Positions 1 through 12,044 of a DNA stretch of 64,000 bases are shown piece by piece; within the stretch, counting starts at the first letter, position 1; each line of letters starts with the position of its first letter. The DNA comes from Mobula hypostoma. Lineage: Eukaryota. The notes beneath the pieces are model-generated. The model was given only the letters and a program-made list of their open reading frames with translations. It did not search any database and was not told the DNA's origin. The position numbers and the translations under genes are program-made. The DNA lies in contig NC_086097.1 in NCBI RefSeq assembly GCF_963921235.1, positions 58,964,001 through 59,028,000 of the forward strand, written 5' to 3'.

Positions 1-414
1 AATGAGCTCCTTCTATGCTATAAAATTCTACTGTTAGAAATTCATTTTTGGTTGATGATATTAAGCATTAGATATCACACTAGAGCATTGTACCTTGCCT
101 GTGGAAATAATTTCATTGATTTTGACGACAGAGCACAATGTGCTAATGTGATTACATAATATGTTTATTGAAACCAATTGGGGATGGGTTTCTCAACATA
201 CAATTCTAATTTACAATTATTGGATTAATTCCTTTTACTCAATTAAAGCATTATTTAAGAATCCCAAAAGAGTATTTTGTCCATGATTCACTGGAAAGCA
301 TATTGCATGTCATGTATTTTCAGCACTTCAGCAGGCATATTAAAGCATGGAGAGCATATTAAAAGAACTGTTCCAGTACAGTACTAACTTTCACAAGAGC
401 TCATGGGGCTGGAG

Positions 415-821
415 GGCATATAAAGGCAATCTGCAAACTCCCATTACAGTGAGCATGCGAAGGTGAAATTAATAGCAGAGGTTGAGTTGGATATACTCCA
501 AGTAGAATACTTAATTACAAATACACATAGGTGACATACTCTCTGGTCAAAGGTTCACTCAGCAGGGATAATGATGAGGAATAGAAAGACATTATGCACA
601 TCAAAAATGGATATTTACATTTATATGATTTATGCACTCAGTCCATACTGGAAATTTCTGCATATTTCAGAATCATTTTGTCACCAAATTTCTGCTTGTA
701 TACCAGCTTTATTGCAAATTACTATTATCTTTGACTCTGACTTTGCCTTTGCCATATACATACTTGGCATATAAAGGCAATCTGCAAACTTCCATTACAG
801 TGAGCAAGTGAAGGTGTAATT
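415..821. repeat. 56-bp direct repeat pair (415-470 and 766-821)
   Basis: GGCATATAAAGGCAATCTGCAAACT(C/T)CCATTACAGTGAGCA...AAGGTG(A/T)AATT occurs twice, 52/56 identical, 351 bp apart. Confidence 0.85.
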
Positions 822-1007
822 CACTTGAAACTTCATTATCCTGAATGTGCCACAGATTAGACTTCATTGACTTACTCACACACCCACCGCCCCTCTCCAG
901 TTTGACTGCCATTTGCTCTTGAAATGCTAAAATTCTCTCCTCAATTTCCATTCTGTTAATAGTGGCATATCTATTGCAAGAGTTACCACATTGCCAGTGG
1001 AAAATCA

Positions 1008-1049
1008 AGGTGGTGCTGCTGGTGCTGGTGGTGGTGGTGGTGGTGGTGT
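1008..1049. repeat. (GGT/GCT)n microsatellite
   Basis: ggtggtgctgctggtgctggtggtggtggtggtggtggtgtg. Confidence 0.85.
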
Positions 1050-1513
1050 GGATCCCTTTTGCCTTCTCATGGACAATATTCAGTGCAATTTCACCTCCTC
1101 AGATCTCACCTGTTTTAAGTGGACCACATTGAAACAAAACTATCCAGAAAACTGGCAAAGCCCCTCAGGGTGAGCTGATTACCATATCTTCAGTGGTTTA
1201 AAATTAGGTCATTCACAGACGGTGGATTAATGCTGATTAAAAATTCTTATTTTTTATGATCAAACCCTTTTCACTGCATTTAAGAAATTTTAAACAGATG
1301 AGATAATTTTAGAATATTTAAAAACTAAAAGCAATACTTTGCAGGTGCTGGAAATCTAAAATAAAATTGCTAAATAGGCTCAGTGGATCAGGCAGTATTT
1401 GTAGTCTTCAGTTCAGATGCAAGAACTATTCGTTTCACCAGATTCTTCCTCACTCACTCACTATTTCCAACATCTTCTACTGAATATTTTATAAAGCAAT
1501 TTAAAATATTTTT

Positions 1514-4504
1514 AAAAAATTACTCCAGCACCCCAGGGCACATTCAAAACCCAGACTCCAGCACCATCACTGGCGGCTCCAAAGACCATGGACACCTTCA
1601 AAGCGATTGCGCAACCACCAACTGCGACTCCAGCCTTGAACTCCTGGCCAGGTCTTCACATGCTGCTATTGTGACTCCCGTCTCCCCTTCCTCACCACCA
1701 CTCTGCAACCCCGTCTCCCTCAGATACCCCCGTCAACTCCTGGACCTTCAGAGGCTCCATCTTCCTCTCACCCCAACCCTCCCCCTCCACTGACACTACC
1801 AGCCTCCCTCCCCCTCCACTGACACTACCAGCCTCCCTCCCCCTCCCCCCTCAGATCCCACTTCTCATCCGTGCCAGGTCTTTACCATCCCCTCCAATCT
1901 TCAACTCTCTGAGGCAGAACGCTCTGTCCTCAGTAAGGGCCTTACCTTTTTCCCCCTTCACCCACACCTCAACGAGTTCCGTGTTCGCCATGATGCTGAA
2001 CTCTTCTTCCGCCGGCTCCATCTTCAAGCCTACTTCTTTGGCAAGGACTCTCCCACCCCCACCGATGACCCCTACTCCCATCTTCAATCCTCCTCCTCTT
2101 CATGGACACCCCGCTCTGGTCTTCTGCCTGCTCTGGATCTCTTTATTGCTAACTGCCGATGGGATATCAACTGTCTCGAATTTACCGCACCTTGTTCCCA
2201 TTCCAATCTCACTCGTTCTGAACGCTCTGCTCTCCACTCCCTCCGCACTAATCCTAACCGTACTATAAAACCCGCCGATAAATGGGGTGCTGTTTTACCC
2301 TGGCGTACTGACCGCTACCTTGCCAAGGCACAGCGACAACTCGCGGATACCTCCTCTTATTTACCCCTCCATCATGACCCCTCTAAGGAGCACCAGGCCA
2401 TTGTCTCACACACCATCACCAACATTATCGGCTCAGAAGACCTCCCATCCACTGTTACCAACCTTTAGTTCCCACACCCCGCACTTCCCGTTTCTACCTC
2501 CTACCCAAGATCCACAAAGCTGCCTGTCCAGATAGACCCATTGTTTCAACATGCTCCTGCCCCACCGAACTCATTTCTGCATACCTCGACACTGTTTTAT
2601 CCCCCCTTGTTCAATCCCTTCCTACCTATGTTCGTGACACTTCTCACACTCTGAATTTTTTCAATGATTTTAAGTTCCCTGGCCCCCACCGCTTTATTTT
2701 CACCATGGATGTCCAGTCCTTATATACTTCCATCCCCCACCAGGAAGGTCTCAAAGCTCTCCGCTTCTTTTTGGATTCCAGACCTAACCAGTTCCCCTCT
2801 ACCACCACTCTGCTCCAACTAGCAGAATTAGTCCTTACTCTTAATAATTGCTCCTTTGGCTCCTCCCACTTCCTCCAAACTAAAGGTGTAGCCATGGGCA
2901 TCCGTATGGGTCCCAGCTATGCCTGCCTTTTTGTTGGCTTTGTGGAACAATCCATGTTCCAAGCCTATACTGGTGTCTGTCCCCCACTTTTCCTTCACTA
3001 CATCGATGACTGCATTAGCGCTGGTTCCTACACGCATGCTGAGCTCGTTGACTTCATTAACTTTGCTTCCAACTTTCACCCTGCCCTCAAGTTTACCTAG
3101 TCCATTTTTGACACCTCCCTCCCCTTTCTTGATCTTTCTGTCTCTGTCTCTGGAGACAGCTTATGTACTGATGTCTACCATAAGCCTACGGACTCTCACA
3201 GCTACCTGGACTATTCATATTCCCACCCTGTCTCTTGCAAAAATGCCATCCCCTACTCACAATTCCTCCATCTCTGCCGCGTCTGCTCTCAGGATGAGGC
3301 TTTTCATTCCAGGACGAAGGAGATGTCCTCCTTTTTTAAAGAAAGGGGCTTCCCTTCCTCCACCATCAACTCTGCTCTCAAACGCATCTCTCCTATTTCA
3401 CGCACATCTGCTCTCACTCCATCCTCCGGCCACCCCACTAGGAATAGGGTTCCCCTGGTCCTCACCTACCACCCCACCAGCCTCCGGGTCCAACATATAA
3501 TTCTCCGTAACTTCCGCCACCTCAAACGGGATCCCACCACTAAGCACATCTTTCCCTCCCCCCCTTTCTGCTTTCCGTAGGGATCGCTCCCAACGTGACT
3601 CCCTTGTCCATTCATCCCCCCCATCCCTTCCCACCGCTCTCCCTCCCGGCACTTATCCTTGTAAGCGGAACACGTGCAACACATGCCCTTACACTTCCTC
3701 CCTCACCACCATTCAGGGCCCCAGACAGTCCTTCCAGGTGAGGCGACATTTCACCTGTGAGTCGGCTGAGGTGATACACTGCATCCGGTGCTCCCGATGT
3801 GGCCTTCTATATATTGGTGAGACCCGACGCAGACTGGGAGACCACTTTGCTGAACACCTACGCTCTGTCCGCCAGAGAAAGCAAGATCTCCCAGTGGCCA
3901 CATGTTTTAATTCCACATCCCATTCCCATTCTGATATCTCTATCCACGGCCTCCTCTACTGTAAAGATGAAGCCATACTCATGTTGGAGGAACAACACCT
4001 TATATTCCGTCTGGGTACTCCAACCTGATGGCATGAACATTGACTTCTCTAACTTTCGTTAATGCCCCACCTCCCCTTCATACCCAATCCGTTATTTATT
4101 TATTTAATTTATTATTTTCTTTTCCCTTTTTTTTCTCTCTTTTTTCTCCCTCTGTCCCTCTCACTATACTCCTTGCTCATCCTCTGGGCTCCCCCTTCCT
4201 TTCTCCCTAGGCCTCCCGTCCCATGATCCTCTCCCTTCTCCAGCCTCGTATCCCTTTTGCCAATCAACTTTCCAGCTCCTAGCTCCATCCCTCCCCCTCC
4301 TGTCTTCTCCTATCATTTCGGATCTCCCTTCCCCCTCCCACTTTCAAATCTCTTACTATCTCTTCTTTCAGTTAGTCCGGACGTAGGGTCTCGGCCGAAA
4401 ATTTCGACTGTACCTCTTCCTATAGATTCTGCCTGGCCTGTTGCGTTCACCAGTATTTTTTGTGTGTGTAGCTTGAATTTCCAGCATTTGCAGATTTCCT
4501 CATG
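1514..4504 (+). mobile_element. Penelope-like element (RT + GIY-YIG endonuclease), 5'-truncated, disrupted ORF
   Basis: ORF pieces carry PLE RT motifs (MDVQSLYTSIPH, QTKGVAMG, YIDD at 2705-3100) and GIY-YIG (CIRCSRCGLLYIGETRRRLGDHFAEHLR, 3738-4028). Pyrimidine-rich 3' region and degenerate hammerhead tail at ~4370-4505. Candidate TSD TTTA(A/C)AATATTTTT at 1500-1513 and 4505-4518. Confidence 0.93.
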
Positions 4505-4870
4505 TTTACAATATTTTTGATTCATTTTTATTTTGTATCACAATTTGCAATGGAGTTTGAAGGAGAAACACTTTTCTAAAATTAGGGAGACACATTTGGA
4601 CTGCGTGTACACTGCAAAGACTATTTTTTCTGATATCAACTTATTGCTCATCCCTCTCCCATCACCTCAGCATTTATCATTGTGGAAATCCTGTCCTCAA
4701 AACCCCATCACTCCAACTTTCTTTCCACTTTTCCGGCCTTCCTTTGAACCCACTTCATCAAGCAAACTTTACATTGTCTTATTTTAATGGCTCTTTACCT
4801 CTGTGCCTTCATTTGGCTTTTGGAGCTTGGATTTACGGTCAGCTTCAGAAATACAATATCAATTTATGCT

Positions 4871-5009
4871 GTGAAGTAAAGAGTCTCGGCCCGCAACGTT
4901 GACTGTACTCTTTTCCATAGATGCCATAGATGCTACCTGGCCTGCTGAGTTCCTCCAGCATTTTGTATGTGTTGCTTGAATTTCCAGCATCTGCAGATTT
5001 TCTCTTGAT
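4871..5009 (+). mobile_element. PLE 3'-tail mini-copy (partial hammerhead)
   Basis: gagtctcggcccgcaacgttgactgtac...ccagcatctgcagattt matches the tail of the PLE at ~4380-4505. TSD-like TAT(C/A)AATTTATG(C/T)T at 4857-4870 and 5010-5023. Confidence 0.8.
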
Positions 5010-5029
5010 TATAAATTTATGTTTGCTTG

Positions 5030-6176
5030 TTTATTTATTTATTGAGATACAGCGTGGAATAGGCCCTTTGAGCTGTGCTGCTCAGCAACCCCCGATTTAG
5101 CCCTAGCCTAATCACGGGACAGTTTACAATGACAAATTAACCTACCAGATGGTACATCTTTGGACAGTGGGAGGAAACAGGAGCACCCAGAGGAAACCTA
5201 CGCAGTTAAAGGAAAAAACGTATAAACTCCTGTTACGTACCCCGTAACTGGGTTGCCAAACCAGCAGAAATGGATCACTCAGTTGGAGTCTGGATTACTA
5301 GAACTAAGAAAGTTTTATTAAAGAAACAAGCAACACAGTAATCGAAAGGATAATAAATGCAACAGTTCAGCAATGATAAACACACATGTGCACAGAATTA
5401 AGATAACAGCATCAATCAAGCTCTATCGTTGTCTAGGAGTAAATGACCAATTTCAAAGTGACACAAAGTTCAGTCCAATTTAGTTCAGTTCGCAGTAATC
5501 GTTGCCATGGCGATGGACAACGTGGGGGGAGGGAGAGAGAGAACGAGAACGACTGATCATTCAGAACGGCTTCCACTCACAGACCGGCGATATTGCTCAC
5601 AAGCAGCTTTCGGGCGGATCCTTTGTGATGTCACCTGAGGTCACCGACTGTGACCCCTCCTCCAGATGCGGTCGATCCTCTGCAGTGAACCCGGCACCCA
5701 AGCGAGGGTGGACACACACCGGGTTCCCGCTGATCGTACCTTTCCACCCTGTGCGTTTAAGGGTGATCCCCCGATCAGCCGTACAAGAGCTTCCCACCGA
5801 CTTGTGAGAGGCGCACCGCTTCCAGGGTCTCGTTACCTCGGGTGTCGTGTGTGTCCTGCCTTAGCGAACCTATCCCTTTTTATCCCCCTGCTGGGGTATC
5901 GCCTGTCCATCACTTCAAACAGTTCAGGGTTCAAAGGAGGGAGCCGCTCTAGACAATACCCAGACTGATGGCTCCTTCATTAACACCTCCAAATTCTGCC
6001 TCATTGTGTGCCTTATCTCTCCCTCCCCTGAGGACAGGTGGCAGACCAACTGCTGATGCCACTGATGCTAGCCCAGGCCAGCAAACATCTTAATTTATGT
6101 GTATTTTCGTCACACTCCTTACAGACAGCAGTGGGTCCCCAGTACTGTAAAGCGTCGTGCTAACGACTATGCTACC
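5030..6176 (-). mobile_element. tRNA-derived V-domain (HE1-like) SINE interrupted by a solo LTR
   Basis: Reverse complement gives the V-SINE core ggtttcctctgggtgctcctgtttcctcccactgtccaaagatgtac, a CR1-like tail and an A-rich end. The head resumes after 6118. Confidence 0.8.
5231..6114 (-). mobile_element. Solo LTR (Gypsy-type, 884 bp)
   Basis: Termini TGTTACG...CGTCACA. 4-bp TSD CTCC at 5227-5230 and 6115-6118. On the minus strand, a TATA-like GATAAAAA at ~5877-5884 and AATAAA at ~5314-5319. Confidence 0.88.
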
Positions 6177-6942
6177 ATTGTTACTGAATAGAGGTGGATA
6201 TTTCTGGGAACAATAGGCAATTTGGTAATGGGACCCATGGCAAGCAATTAAAGACAACAAAATAGAATGGTCTTCCTGTAGTGTATTTAATATTTCAGTA
6301 ATCTATGAGCAATATTGTAAGTATATTGCTTGACTACGCATTCTTTGTTTGTTTACATAATTAATTATGGGTTATTTGTAAGAAGTTTGTGAAAGGGAAG
6401 GAGGTGATGGCCAGTATAAAGAGAAGAGGGGAAGGGTGAAACAGGGTCCGATAGATCATAGGTGGACCAAGGAATGGTGAAGAATGATGGGCAAATAGAA
6501 GCAGGTGGGCAAAGAGGAAGGGCGTTGTTGAGAGACAGAGGCAGGAAGCAGACAACAAAGATAGAGCCAGATAGAGGGTGGGGGGAGGGTGGTGCTGGAG
6601 GAAAGAGGATGAAGTGGATGGAGTCGTCTGCTGGAGATGTTAAGCAGAAACACAAAGGCTATCAGATTCCAGCCATCTCCATCTTTTCCATAACCTACAC
6701 TCACCTGGCTCCATCTTCATCTTTATGTCCTTGTCTGCTTCCTTTATCACCCACCTGTCTGTCCCTCAACTCTACTCCAAATACTCTCAGATTCTTTTGT
6801 CTCCATTCCTCCCTGCTTCGCTGGTTACCTACCTCTGCTATTGTTCCACCACTTCCTCATTCCTCTATATACTGGTTATGGAGGTAAACGCTTTAAAGGT
6901 TAATTCCACATTTATCAACAGAGATACATAACAGTGAAGAAT

Positions 6943-8040
6943 TGTGAGGAATAGTCATTTTCCAGGGCTCCAGAGTCTTATTGCTAAACTCACCCTTCTA
7001 GCACAGCAGCATGACTTATCCAAAGGGTCAGAATTATTGGTGATGAAGTTAAACTTTTAACAAATATTCTTTGCTCAGCTATTCGTTGTAAATAAGAAAC
7101 AGTCTGTATTTCCTTATGTAAGTTACGAGCAGCAATCAGCTTGATGCACAGCTTTGCTAAAAAACCATGTTACAGAACGCAAGCTGCTGGCTCACAGCAG
7201 ATGGCTGCCTGCTTCGAGGTCTGCTTTGCAAAGTGAAGTGACCAAGAAACTTCTTGTCTGCAGGAGCCAAATGCAAGACAAAGGGGTTATGTCACATAGC
7301 ACATCAGACCTGTTTAAAAGTTTGGTTGTTTGTGTATTCAGAGGGTCAGCTCTCACAACATTAATTGTGAATGTTTGCGATCTCTGTCACCAGCAGCCTT
7401 TAACACTATCTTGTGACTTACTTTGTCCTGACAAAAATATCTGGAAAACATCATGTGCAGATGATATCAGTCAGTAAAAAATAGTATAAATATCAAAAGC
7501 ATTGGGAATCTTAGGAATGACAAGAAGAATGATAGAAAGGTGGGGCTACAGAAAACAGAATTAGAATTTATTCCTCAACTTTTGGTTTCTGCAACAGGTA
7601 ACGTGATTGTCTGCAACTCACTGGTACATTCTTCTAGTTCAGAAGAATTGCATCTGTGTTTGGAAATTCTTTGTAGCCTGTAAATCTTTTATAATTCAGA
7701 AATCTTTTATAAACTAGAAATCCACTGTGAGCATGAAATGTTAAGAAATATTTGTTGAAATGTAAACATGTATCGTTAAAAATAAAATACAGTATCGGAG
7801 TTTAGCTGGAAGTAGTTCCTACTTGGTTGTGAGAGGGGAACCCACCACTCAAGCAGTGAGTATTGACAGCTAGATCTCACCGTAGACACTAGACAAGAAA
7901 CCTAAGCTAGGTCTTGAAGAGTAGCTGGATAGAGCATAACCCCCCTGTAGTGAGAACATCCATAGATATCAAAATCAGTTTGGGCTTAAAATCTTCTTTT
8001 GAGTTTAGGGCTTTGTGGACAGGAAACCAATATCATCACA
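6943..8040 (+). mobile_element. Solo LTR, second family (~1.1 kb)
   Basis: TGTGA...TCACA termini. 4-bp TSD GAAT at 6939-6942 and 8041-8044. TATAAATA at ~7485, AATAAA at ~7781. Co-linear homologue at 29041-30060. Confidence 0.82.
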
Positions 8041-8089
8041 GAATAAAAACTTGAGGAGAAAGGACATGACGAAAGAGACAAGGGTGGAA

Positions 8090-8370
8090 TTAGTCTGAAA
8101 GAAATTGCTTTACATATTGCAAAGGAGATAGGCTGTTAATTGAAGATTAGGAGAATTGTGTAAATGAATAAAAGATGAATTAAAATAATGGATAAATAAG
8201 GAAGAAATAGAGTAAGAACAGACTAGCAAGGATAGTAGAATAGATTATAAAAGCTTCCACAGGCACGTAAAATAAAGGTTGAAATAGTACTTTTTTGGTC
8301 CCTTAGACGCTGGGACTAGGGGAATATAATGGTGAAGATGGAAATGGTAGATATTAAACAAACATTTAAT
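8090..8370 (+). mobile_element. Old CR1 ORF2 fragment
   Basis: Degenerate KSF.R.VK...GPL...G.....EM..LNK.F pattern of the CR1 tether region. Confidence 0.5.
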
Positions 8371-9118
8371 TCCAGAATAATGGATAATAAGGAGATACAG
8401 GCCATCAGTCCTGGAAACATGTCACTTTTCCTCCCATTAAATCATCTGGCACTTTTTTCCTATTAGTAATAGTTATGAGTTTTCCCCTTCCCATTAATTG
8501 AGAAGAACTGTGAAATACCCTCCTTAAATTATTTTCCATCTTGTGTTTGACACATTATTGCATACAAGTCTTGAAGGTAACAAAATAGTCAACAACAGAA
8601 TCAGCCTCAGTGAAAACATACGTAAAACAAGGCATCGTTGCCCAAATGCTTTTCTCTCTTTCTCATCACATTGTTGAATCTCAGTTGCATCTTACCCCTG
8701 GGAATGGTGCTAAACCTCTTACTAAAGAGAAGCTGTTCTTCCCATTGTAACTGCACTCCAGAACCAGAATCTATGTCGTCAAGGAGATGGCATTTATACA
8801 CTTCCAGAGGTCTAGCTCCAGCTCATTACTGACTCATTGATTAAGCAAGTTAGAAGATAAGTTTTGTGCTGAAAGTTTATAGTACCAAGTTCCTTGGCTA
8901 GACTACTCCTGCAGAAATACACTGCCCTCTGACAATAATAATTCTCAGTGAGACTCTGGAAAACATTACCAGTTCCCATATCTTGGGACCCATCTCTCAG
9001 TGAAGGCAGCATTGATTTAGTTCATCATAGTCTTCAGTGCCTTTGGCTGAATGAAAAAAATGGTGTTTGAAGATCAAGAATACACATCCCTGTTGTATCA
9101 AAGATACTATGGTGAAGC

Positions 9119-9273
9119 AACACACACAAAAAATGCTGGTGAATGCAACGCGCCAGGCAACATCTATAGGAAGAAGTATAGCCGACGTTTTGGGTCCCGG
9201 CTGCCTGGCCTGCTGCGTTCACCAGCATGTTTTGTGTGTGTTGCTTGAATTTCCAGCATCTGCAGATTTCCTC
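9119..9273. mobile_element. PLE-tail fold-back mini-element
   Basis: Minus-strand tail copy joined to a plus-strand tail copy. Flanked by GATACT(A/G)TGGTGAAGC at 9103-9118 and 9274-9289. Confidence 0.85.
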
Positions 9274-9847
9274 GATACTGTGGTGAAGCTTGTTGATAAC
9301 TTCAAGATCCTAGATTTAAATCTCACCCACAATTTCTACTAGACTAACCATGTCTCTATGGCCAAGAAGAAACACCAGAGTGTCTACCTCCTCAGAAGGC
9401 TAAGGAAATTTCACATGTCCTCAATGACTCTTACCAATTTTTACAGATGTGCCATGAAAAGCATCCCATCTTGAAGGAGCTTAGTATGACAATCGCTTTG
9501 TCCAAGACTGGAAATAATTGCAGAGAATGGTGAACGCAGCTCAGTCTATCCTGCAAATCAGCCTCTCCTCCATCGACTCTGCCTACTCTTCCTGCTTCAT
9601 CAGGAAAAAGGTACAGACTCAAGGATCCCCTCCCACCCAGGGCAGCCATTCTTTTTTCATCCCTCTCCTTTCAAGAAGAACATAAAAAAGCTTGAGAGTA
9701 CATTCTACCAGACTCAAGAACAGCTTTTATTCTTCTGTTATCAGATGGCTGAACTGCCGCTAAAGGATAAACTCTTGATCTCCCAATTTACTTTCATGTA
9801 ACCCTTGCACTTTATTTGTCTACCAACTCTGCAGTTTCTCTGTAACT

Positions 9848-11578
9848 TAGAAACATAGAAATATAGAAAAACCTACAGCACAATACAAGCCCTTCCACCC
9901 ACAAAGCTGTGCCGAACATATTCTTTCCTTAGAAATTATGGAGGTACCCTCTATTTTTCTGAGCTCCATGTACCTGTCCAGGAGTCTCTTAAAAGATCCT
10001 ATTATATCCACCTCCACCACCGTCACTGGCAGCCCATTCCACGCACTCACCACTCTCTGCGTAAAAAACGTACCCCTGATATCTCCTCTGTACCTACTTC
10101 CAAGCACCTTAAAACTGTGCCCTCTTGTGCTAACCATTTCAGCCCTGGGAAAAAGCCTCTGACTATCCACACGATCAATGCCTCTCATCATCTTATACAC
10201 CTCTATCAGGTCACCTCTCATCCTCCGACGCTCCAAGGGAAAAAGGACAAGTTCACTCAACCTATTCTCATAAGGCATGCTTCCCAATCCAGGCAACATC
10301 CTTGTAAATCTCCTTTGCACTTTTCTATGGTTTCTACATCCTTCCTATAGTGAGGCGACCAGAGCTGAGCACAGTACTCCAAGTGGGATCTGACCAGGGT
10401 CCTATATAGCTGCAACATTACCTCTTGGCTCCTAAACTCAGTCTCACGATTGACGAAGGCCAATGCACTGTATGCTTTCTTAACCACAGAGTCAACCTAC
10501 ACAGTAGCTTTGAGTATCCTGTGGACTTGGACCCCAAGGTCCCTCTGATCCTCCACACTGCCAAGAGTCTTACCACTAATACTATATCCTGACATCATAT
10601 TTGACCTGCCAAAATGAACTACCTCACACTTTTTTGGGTCGAACTCCATCTGCCACTTCTCATCCCAGTTTTGCAACTGATCAGTATCCCTCTGTAACCT
10701 CTGACAGCCCTCCACACTATCCACAATACCTCCAACCTTTGTGTCATCAGCAAATTTACTAACCCATCCCTCCACTTTCTCATCTAGGTTATTTACAAAA
10801 ATTATGAAGAGTAGGGGTCCCAGAACAGATCCCTGAGGCACACGACTGGTCACCGACCTCCATGCAGAATATGATCCATCTGCAACTGTTCTTTACCTTC
10901 TGTAGGCAAGCCAGTTCTGGATCCACAAAGCAATGTCACCTTGGATCCCATGCCTCCTAACTTCCTCAATAAGCCTTGCATGGGGTACCTTGCCAAATGC
11001 CTTGCTAAAATCCATATACACTACATCTACTGCTCTACCTTCATCAATGTGTTTAGTCACATCCTCAAAAAATTCAATCAGGCTCATAAGGCATGACCTG
11101 CCTTTGACAAAGCCATGCTGACTATTCCTAATCACATTGTGCCTCTCCAAATGTTCATAAGTTCTGACTCTCAGGATCTTCTTCATCAACTTACCGACCA
11201 ATGAAAACTCACTGGTCTATAATTTCCTGGGCTATCTCTACTCCTTTTCTTGAATAATGGAACAACATCTGCAATCCTCTAATCCTCCGGAACCTCTCCC
11301 GTCCCTACTGATGATACAAAGATCATCACCAGAGGCTCAGCAATCTCCTCCCTCACCTCCCACAGTAGCCTGGGTTACGTCTCATCTGGTCCCAGTGACT
11401 TATCCAACTTGATGCTTTCCAGAAGCTCCAGCACATCCGCTTTCTTAATATCTACATGTTCGCGCTTTTCAGTCCACTGTAAGTCATCCCTATAATCGCC
11501 AAGATCCTTTTCCGTAGTGAATACTGAAGCAAAGGACTCATTAAATACCTTTGCTATCTCCTCCGGTTCCATACACAC
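9848..11578 (-). mobile_element. CR1 LINE, 5'-truncated (RT and 3' tail)
   Basis: ORF pieces SQHGFVKGRSCL, VYMDFSKAF, VPQGSVLGPLLF, KFADDTK, RRRMRGDLIEVYK. (TTCTATRT)n-like tail at 9848-9870. Confidence 0.95.
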
Positions 11579-11910
11579 AACTGTAGCACTTCATTCTGAA
11601 TTCTGTTTTCCTTGTTTCTCCTTGATGTACTTCTGTTTGGAATGATCTCTCCAGATGGAACACAAACAAAAACTTTTCACTGTTCTTCAGTGACTATGAC
11701 AAAAATAAACCAAGATTAAGACCTCAGATCTGGCACAAAGCTCATTGTCTATTGATCCCCATGTCTAGCTCGTGCTGTGTCTCAGATCTCCAGTGACTCT
11801 GATTTCTCCAAACCTGGAACACCATATTCTGCTTTTCACTTGAACTACCTCAATGTACTGCTTTGGTGAAATGTTCTGTATAGACAGCATACAGATAGTG
11901 CTTTTCACTG

Positions 11911-12044
11911 ATACAAGAGATTCTACAATGCCAGAAATCTTGAGCAACACACATAAATGCAGGAGGAACTCAGCAAGTGAGGCAGCAAGTAGGGAGGGGA
12001 ACATACAGTCATTTTGTGCTGAGACCTTTTGTCTGTACTCCATG
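11911..12044 (-). mobile_element. Diverged PLE-tail mini-copy inside a Rex1-type 3' UTR fragment
   Basis: gagcaacacacataaatgcaggaggaactcagcaagtgaggcagca resembles the reverse complement of the tail. TSD TTTCACTG at 11903-11910 and 12045-12052. Confidence 0.65.

Larger units (their letters stand above)
9035..11712 (+). mobile_element. Rex1/Babar LINE 3' fragment, split by a PLE mini-hairpin (9119-9273) and a CR1 (9848-11578)
   Basis: FKIL...AKKKHQSVYLLRRLRKFHMSSMTLTNFYRCAMKSI motif. The 3' UTR resumes at ~11579 and ends near AATAAAC at ~11705. Confidence 0.78.

Noticed and set aside
991..1173. Gly-rich 60-aa ORF
   Set aside because: Explained by a GGT microsatellite; no recognisable domain.
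2919..3500. Long alternative-frame and antisense ORFs over PLE, CR1, Rex1 and RTE elements (e.g. 19718-20533, 50642-51286, 61260-61766)
   Set aside because: Shadow frames of transposon ORFs with biased composition.
6278..6390. Possible LTR start TGTAGTGTATTTAATATTTC
   Set aside because: No matching CA terminus or TSD found.
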